Below are positions 27,240 to 30,675 of a stretch of 30,675 nucleotides of DNA, in pieces. Source of the stretch: a virus (taxonomy: Duplodnaviria; Caudoviricetes); the IMG/VR virus record IMGVR_UViG_3300006737_000111, positions 1 through 30,675 of that record, one strand, 5' to 3'. The notes under the pieces were generated by a model, which was not told where the DNA came from, ran no database searches, and saw only the letters and a list, made by a program, of their open reading frames with translations. Position 1 is the stretch's first letter; every line of letters begins with the position of its first letter. A program made the translations under genes and the position numbers.

Positions 27240-27432
27240 CTCTGTCTTTATTACTTTTTTCAACCTTTCGATTGAGGTATTTAATAAAGTCTTCTTTTTC
27301 ATTTTTGTATTCATGGTATGTCTCAGTTATAAATTCTAGTTTATTTACTCTTTGTATCAGAATCTCCGTCTGCTGTATCACTAGATTTATTACCTTTTCC
27401 ATTTCCTTTGCTGTTGGCTTTTTCTTTGCCAT
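27106..27432 (-). CDS. Hypothetical protein
   Basis: Part of track ORF 27106..27480; GAGGAG RBS before ATG 27432 (MAKKKPTAKEMEK...). Confidence 0.55.
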   Translation of the reverse strand: MAKKKPTAKEMEKVINLVIQQTEILIQRVNKLEFITETYHEYKNEKEDFIKYLNRKVEKSNKDRDGDSSRNNEQQNISKPAGSDKGAGKDTKKKSNSKKKEGKDNESI

Positions 27433-27589
27433 CTTTTTTCTCCTCTTTGGTTTCTGTTTCTTCTTCCTCAAATAACGCATCTGTTACTTCAGTAAGCTCA
27501 CTAGCCATACCTCTAACTATATTGTTAAGTTTTTCTACTTCTATTTTTAACTTATCAATATCTTTTTCCATGTCTATAGCTCTACCCAT
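27341..27589 (-). CDS. Hypothetical coiled-coil protein
   Basis: 82 aa; AGGAGG RBS; TAATG coupling to the upstream ORF. Confidence 0.65.
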   Translation of the reverse strand: MGRAIDMEKDIDKLKIEVEKLNNIVRGMASELTEVTDALFEEEETETKEEKKDGKEKANSKGNGKGNKSSDTADGDSDTKSK

Positions 27590-27753
27590 TATATCCTCCT
27601 TGGTTTATGTTCTTCTGGTATCTCTTCTCTTTCAAGACCATACGTTGGCATGTCTCGAAATATCTTTAATTCATCATCTCTTGTTAGCGACCAACAAACT
27701 TTATTTGTCGGACAAAATCTTAACTTTCCTTTACCTTTAACTGTCTGTCTCAT
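27589..27753 (-). CDS. Small hypothetical protein (54 aa)
   Basis: Not in the ORF track. GGAGGA RBS; MRQTVKGKGKLRFCPTNKVCWSLTRDDELKIFRDMPTYGLEREEIPEEHKPRRI*. Confidence 0.65.
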   Translation of the reverse strand: MRQTVKGKGKLRFCPTNKVCWSLTRDDELKIFRDMPTYGLEREEIPEEHKPRRI

Positions 27754-27758
27754 ATATC

Positions 27759-27819
27759 CTCCAATTTAGGGAGTGGGAAGGCAGAGCGATATGATTAGTG
27801 GGGTAACTCCGCCCTCCCA
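27759..27819 (-). promoter_or_regulatory. GC-rich RNA stem-loop plus RBS-occluding mini-hairpin
   Basis: Minus-strand RNA UGGGAGGGCGGAG pairs with CUCUGCCUUCCCA (13 bp including 2 G-U, 20-nt loop), followed by CUCC-N7-GGAG over the SD of 27589..27753. Confidence 0.6.
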
Positions 27820-27825
27820 TAGTTA

Positions 27826-27969
27826 TTACCTATTTATGTGTCTATAAACAGTAGCCCTAGACAATCCAACTACCTTTTTTATGCTTTTAACAGGCATTCC
27901 TATTTTATAAAGCACATTTATAAACACTCTCTTCATTGTTTTTACTTTTCTTCTAGAATGGTATCGCAT
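27826..27969 (-). CDS. Stand-alone helix-turn-helix mini-protein (Hin/resolvase HTH type)
   Basis: Not in the ORF track. MRYHSRRKVKTMKRVFINVLYKIGMPVKSIKKVVGLSRATVYRHINR*; G.S..T.YR HTH signature; alternative ATG at 27936. Confidence 0.7.
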   Translation of the reverse strand: MRYHSRRKVKTMKRVFINVLYKIGMPVKSIKKVVGLSRATVYRHINR

Positions 27970-28585
27970 TAGAACTTTCCGCTATTGATATTTCTTCTCC
28001 ATCTTCCCACTTTTTGATGAATTTAGAATCCCAATATTGCTTTCTTTCGCCCTTTTTATTTGTCCATGGTCTCCCAAGGTCAACAAAAGCGATTCCTGGC
28101 TTTCCGAGCATATCCCCTGTCTCTAAATTAGGCAATAGCTGCACTTCTATTTCATTACCATCTACGACTCTTTTTTCTACAGGACATTCAACTCCTATAG
28201 TTTGGCAGAATCTTAAGTACCCTGAGTTTCCTTCAGGATATGATTCAAAGGTATCTCTTTCTGTTGGCTCTAAGAACCTCCATACTTTACCTCTGAATTT
28301 ACTACCAACATAACAATCGCCTTTAGTATCTTCCATCTGTCCATTTATGTTTTCATACTGAAAGGTTTTGTCTTTGTTTTCTTTTGATGCTTGAAAAGTG
28401 TAAGTATATAATCTAGCTTTATGCTTTCCACCTTTTACATCAACCTCTTTTGATTCGCATTCAACGATATGTCCAAAGTATTCACCTTTAGCAAAAGGTT
28501 TATAGTCCTTCTTCTCTTTTTTACCAGGAATAAAGAAACTTTGTTTTCCTGTTACTCCGTCAAATGCGTCATTGATATCAGCCAT
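27953..28585 (-). CDS. Putative single-stranded DNA-binding protein
   Basis: 210 aa; KPFAKGEY OB-fold-like start, acidic tail ending ..NAIPF (SSB-Ct-like); adjacent to the annealase. Confidence 0.65.
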   Translation of the reverse strand: MADINDAFDGVTGKQSFFIPGKKEKKDYKPFAKGEYFGHIVECESKEVDVKGGKHKARLYTYTFQASKENKDKTFQYENINGQMEDTKGDCYVGSKFRGKVWRFLEPTERDTFESYPEGNSGYLRFCQTIGVECPVEKRVVDGNEIEVQLLPNLETGDMLGKPGIAFVDLGRPWTNKKGERKQYWDSKFIKKWEDGEEISIAESSNAIPF

Positions 28586-29160
28586 TATTTATCTCCTTTT
28601 TTGTTTTTTATCATTTGTTCGACTTTCTCAATACATGCTTCATAGTTATTAGCATTTATTTCCATGTTTGCAACCTTAGCCTTTAACTCATTAACAAGTT
28701 CTTTACTAATAGACTTAGCTAATTCATACAACTTCGCCTCCTCATCAGGCGTTAATGCATCAGGTTCAGGTAAATCTTCACCCGCAAAGATGTATAAACC
28801 TAATCCATGTAATGCAATAGTTTTAGCTAATGCTCTTTGTATGCTTGTATTAATATGAAAAGCATTTGGTTCAGCAATTGGTTGGTTTCTATTATCAAGT
28901 ACGGGATGAATTTGTGATAGTGATACACCATCAGCTTCTACCCATACATCAACAAAAAAACCACATTGTGTGACAAAGAATGGAGAACCATCCTCTGCCT
29001 TTGTAACTCCGTATCTAGCATCTGGACATTGTTTTTTTAGCAATGCCCATGCATCTGCCCAAGACAAATAAGTAAACTTTCCCTTTTTCTTCTGATATTT
29101 ACTTACGTCTGTTTTATAGAGCTTCATGAATGTGTTTTGTGTTGTTTTACTCATATTCAC
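28585..29160 (-). CDS. Sak-type (DUF1071/Rad52-like) single-strand annealing protein
   Basis: KGKFTYLSWADAW, PVLDNRN, INTSIQRALAKTIALHGLGLYIFAGEDLP signature. Confidence 0.85.
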   Translation of the reverse strand: MNMSKTTQNTFMKLYKTDVSKYQKKKGKFTYLSWADAWALLKKQCPDARYGVTKAEDGSPFFVTQCGFFVDVWVEADGVSLSQIHPVLDNRNQPIAEPNAFHINTSIQRALAKTIALHGLGLYIFAGEDLPEPDALTPDEEAKLYELAKSISKELVNELKAKVANMEINANNYEACIEKVEQMIKNKKGDK

Positions 29161-29357
29161 TCCTTTGTTTGTTTGTTTTCACTCATTAATTTAGCAATTT
29201 TACTTAAATGTTCAGCAATCCTGCATAAACCATCTGCAATATTTACTTCATTGAGAAATTCGTCAGTATATTCAGTTGACCATAAGCTACTTGAAAATCT
29301 TCTCATTATAGCCTCTTTTTTCTCTTTTTCCCATTGTTTTTCAGTTTCTTTACTCAT
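29157..29357 (-). CDS. Hypothetical protein
   Basis: 66 aa; GGGAG RBS; ATGA-type overlap with the next gene. Confidence 0.6.
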   Translation of the reverse strand: MSKETEKQWEKEKKEAIMRRFSSSLWSTEYTDEFLNEVNIADGLCRIAEHLSKIAKLMSENKQTKE

Positions 29358-29367
29358 ATTTATCTCC

Positions 29368-30144
29368 CTATCTTAGTGGATTGCAATGGTCTAGAAACTG
29401 ACAATAATTACACTGCCAATCTTGTACAGGTGATACACCTTTTCTAAACGGTGGCAATCCATGTTTATGTTCATCCTTGGTATTTCTCCAGAACAAGTAG
29501 GCTCTTGAAACGTATGTTAAAGGCACCGACACTGCCCTCATCATGGAAGTATCCTTATTGTAATAATACAAAAACATTCCATCAAGCCTACCGAACTGTT
29601 GCTTCACTGCATACCCGTATGTACCAAGTTGCAATTCATAGTGAATAGATGGATTAAAAGCAGGTTTTCTACCAAACTTTAATTTCCATGAATATCCACC
29701 ACAAGTTTTTAAATCATACAGGTAAACCTCTTCTCCTTCTACTACAATATCATAAAAGCCTCTAACATTAAGTTCTTCTACTTTTATCTCTCCTTCAGTG
29801 TGAAATTTTATTTCTTTTTCTTTACTTTCTTTTTCTTTATCACTAGAGATATCTCTATTATTATCTCTATTATTATCTCTATTATAGTAGTGAAGGGCTT
29901 TTTCAAAATCATCATGCACCACATTACCCAATCTTAGCAATCTTTTAGTTTTTGCATCAATTGGGTTCGTTGGTTCTACTTGTTCCACTGACTCAAAGTA
30001 CAACTTTCTTGAACAACTACCAGCTCCGCTTGCATGATACCAGCTTTCATTGCCAGAATATCGATTTAAGCGGTTTTCTTCCTGTTTTTTGTCCAGATAA
30101 TCGCTGTATATACCTTCTATATCAATTGGGCTATTACTTCGCAT
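29368..30144 (-). CDS. Cas4-like PD-(D/E)XK exonuclease with Fe-S cysteines
   Basis: SGAGSCSRKLYF, GNVVH, RGFYD, DLKT, QLGTY, C-terminal CNYCQFLDHC (1+3 Cys staple); paired with Sak and SSB. Confidence 0.85.
   Translation of the reverse strand: MRSNSPIDIEGIYSDYLDKKQEENRLNRYSGNESWYHASGAGSCSRKLYFESVEQVEPTNPIDAKTKRLLRLGNVVHDDFEKALHYYNRDNNRDNNRDISSDKEKESKEKEIKFHTEGEIKVEELNVRGFYDIVVEGEEVYLYDLKTCGGYSWKLKFGRKPAFNPSIHYELQLGTYGYAVKQQFGRLDGMFLYYYNKDTSMMRAVSVPLTYVSRAYLFWRNTKDEHKHGLPPFRKGVSPVQDWQCNYCQFLDHCNPLR
29850..29885. repeat. Three perfect tandem copies of the 12-bp TATCTCTATTAT, overlapping the palindrome TAGAGATATCTCTA (29844-29857)
   Basis: Read directly from the sequence; encodes NNRD repeats in the exonuclease. 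Confidence 0.9.
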
Positions 30145-30292
30145 TATTAGCCCTTTTTACGCATTCTTCAATTAAATGCTTCAAACAGTCATTAACCGTA
30201 TCAAAGCCTAAAAGGTAGGATGTTCCTTTGAATTTATTCCATTCCTTCTTGTCTACTTTTAGTGGGTAAGTTATTACTTTACTATCTTCCAT
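30134..30292 (-). CDS. Ribbon-helix-helix (Arc/CopG-like) DNA-binding protein (52 aa)
   Basis: Not in the ORF track. MEDSKVITYPLKVDKKEWNKFKGTSYLLGFDTVNDCLKHLIEECVKRANNAK*; strand-helix-G-helix pattern; AAGGA RBS. Confidence 0.65.
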   Translation of the reverse strand: MEDSKVITYPLKVDKKEWNKFKGTSYLLGFDTVNDCLKHLIEECVKRANNAK

Positions 30293-30392
30293 ATACTTTC
30301 CTTTCCTATATACATATCCTAGTATATATATTATTATTTGTTATCATTTATTCCTAATATTATTTTCATTTATTTTCATTCTCAATAGTGTC

Positions 30393-30560
30393 TCAATCAG
30401 TGTAAACATCTATTTCTATCTCTTCAAGAAACTTGTCAATCTTTGGTTGTAAGGTTCTTAAATCTTCATTGGTTATTATCTTTGCTAATCTTCTGAGACT
30501 TACTTGTGTTTCTTTAATTAATGTTATTGCTTCTTGTATGTCTTTTATATGTATTGCCAT
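30393..30560 (-). CDS. Small hypothetical protein (55 aa)
   Basis: Not in the ORF track. AAGGGA RBS; MAIHIKDIQEAITLIKETQ...EIDVYTD*. Confidence 0.6.
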   Translation of the reverse strand: MAIHIKDIQEAITLIKETQVSLRRLAKIITNEDLRTLQPKIDKFLEEIEIDVYTD

Positions 30561-30574
30561 TATTCCCTTCCTTT

Positions 30575-30673
30575 TTATTGTATTTGATTTTCGTAAATTT
30601 TTTCTAAAAAATCATCTAAATATGAATCTATCTCTTTGTTGTTAATAACAATGTTACTTAATCCTCGATGATA
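30575..30673 (-). CDS. Partial (5'-truncated) hypothetical protein
   Basis: Open frame ...YHRGLSNIVINNKEIDSYLDDFLEKIYENQIQ* running off the window end. Confidence 0.45.
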   Translation of the reverse strand, partial: YHRGLSNIVINNKEIDSYLDDFLEKIYENQIQ

Positions 30674-30675
30674 AT

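Noticed and set aside
27774-27819. Hairpin as a tRNA or intrinsic terminator
   Set aside because: No cloverleaf or T-loop; 20-nt loop and no U-tract on the transcribed strand.
29368-30144. Cas4 as a sign of a CRISPR-Cas system
   Set aside because: No array or other cas genes; the Sak + SSB context indicates a phage recombination exonuclease.
26669-30645. + strand ORFs in the right arm (e.g. 27095..27475, 27408..27740, 28014..28313, 29952..30218, 30433..30645)
   Set aside because: Antisense to a coherent minus-strand operon; their hydrophobicity only mirrors A-rich Lys/Glu codons.
1-30675. Stop-codon reassignment
   Set aside because: Genes tile densely under the standard code, and TAA, TAG and TGA all occur as sensible coupled stops.

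Overview
AT-rich segment of a tailed dsDNA phage genome with podovirus-like gene order, probably from an uncultured lineage. A putative outer-membrane beta-barrel gene suggests a diderm host, and AGGAG-type ribosome-binding sites are used throughout. The + strand (1-24465) is a late/structural arm: head-tail adaptor-like genes, a calcineurin-like metallophosphoesterase, a membrane/lysis-like cassette, a giant tail nozzle, a tail fibre and four putative ejection (internal virion) proteins. The - strand (24462-30675) is a replication/recombination arm: PD-(D/E)XK nuclease, RuvC-like resolvase, DnaB helicase, SSB, Sak-type annealase, Cas4-like exonuclease and small HTH/RHH regulators. There are two main observations. 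(1) The 2361-aa putative ejection protein contains what looks like a tyrosine recombinase (core-binding-like region plus R-K-(T)xxR-H-Y catalytic motifs), followed directly by a HExxH zincin motif, so it is a candidate virion-injected recombinase. (2) A cassette encodes an MshEN-like (c-di-GMP receptor fold) inner-membrane coiled-coil protein, a putative outer-membrane beta-barrel and small membrane peptides. All assignments come from motifs read by eye; no database search was run. No tRNA, rRNA or CRISPR array was seen.
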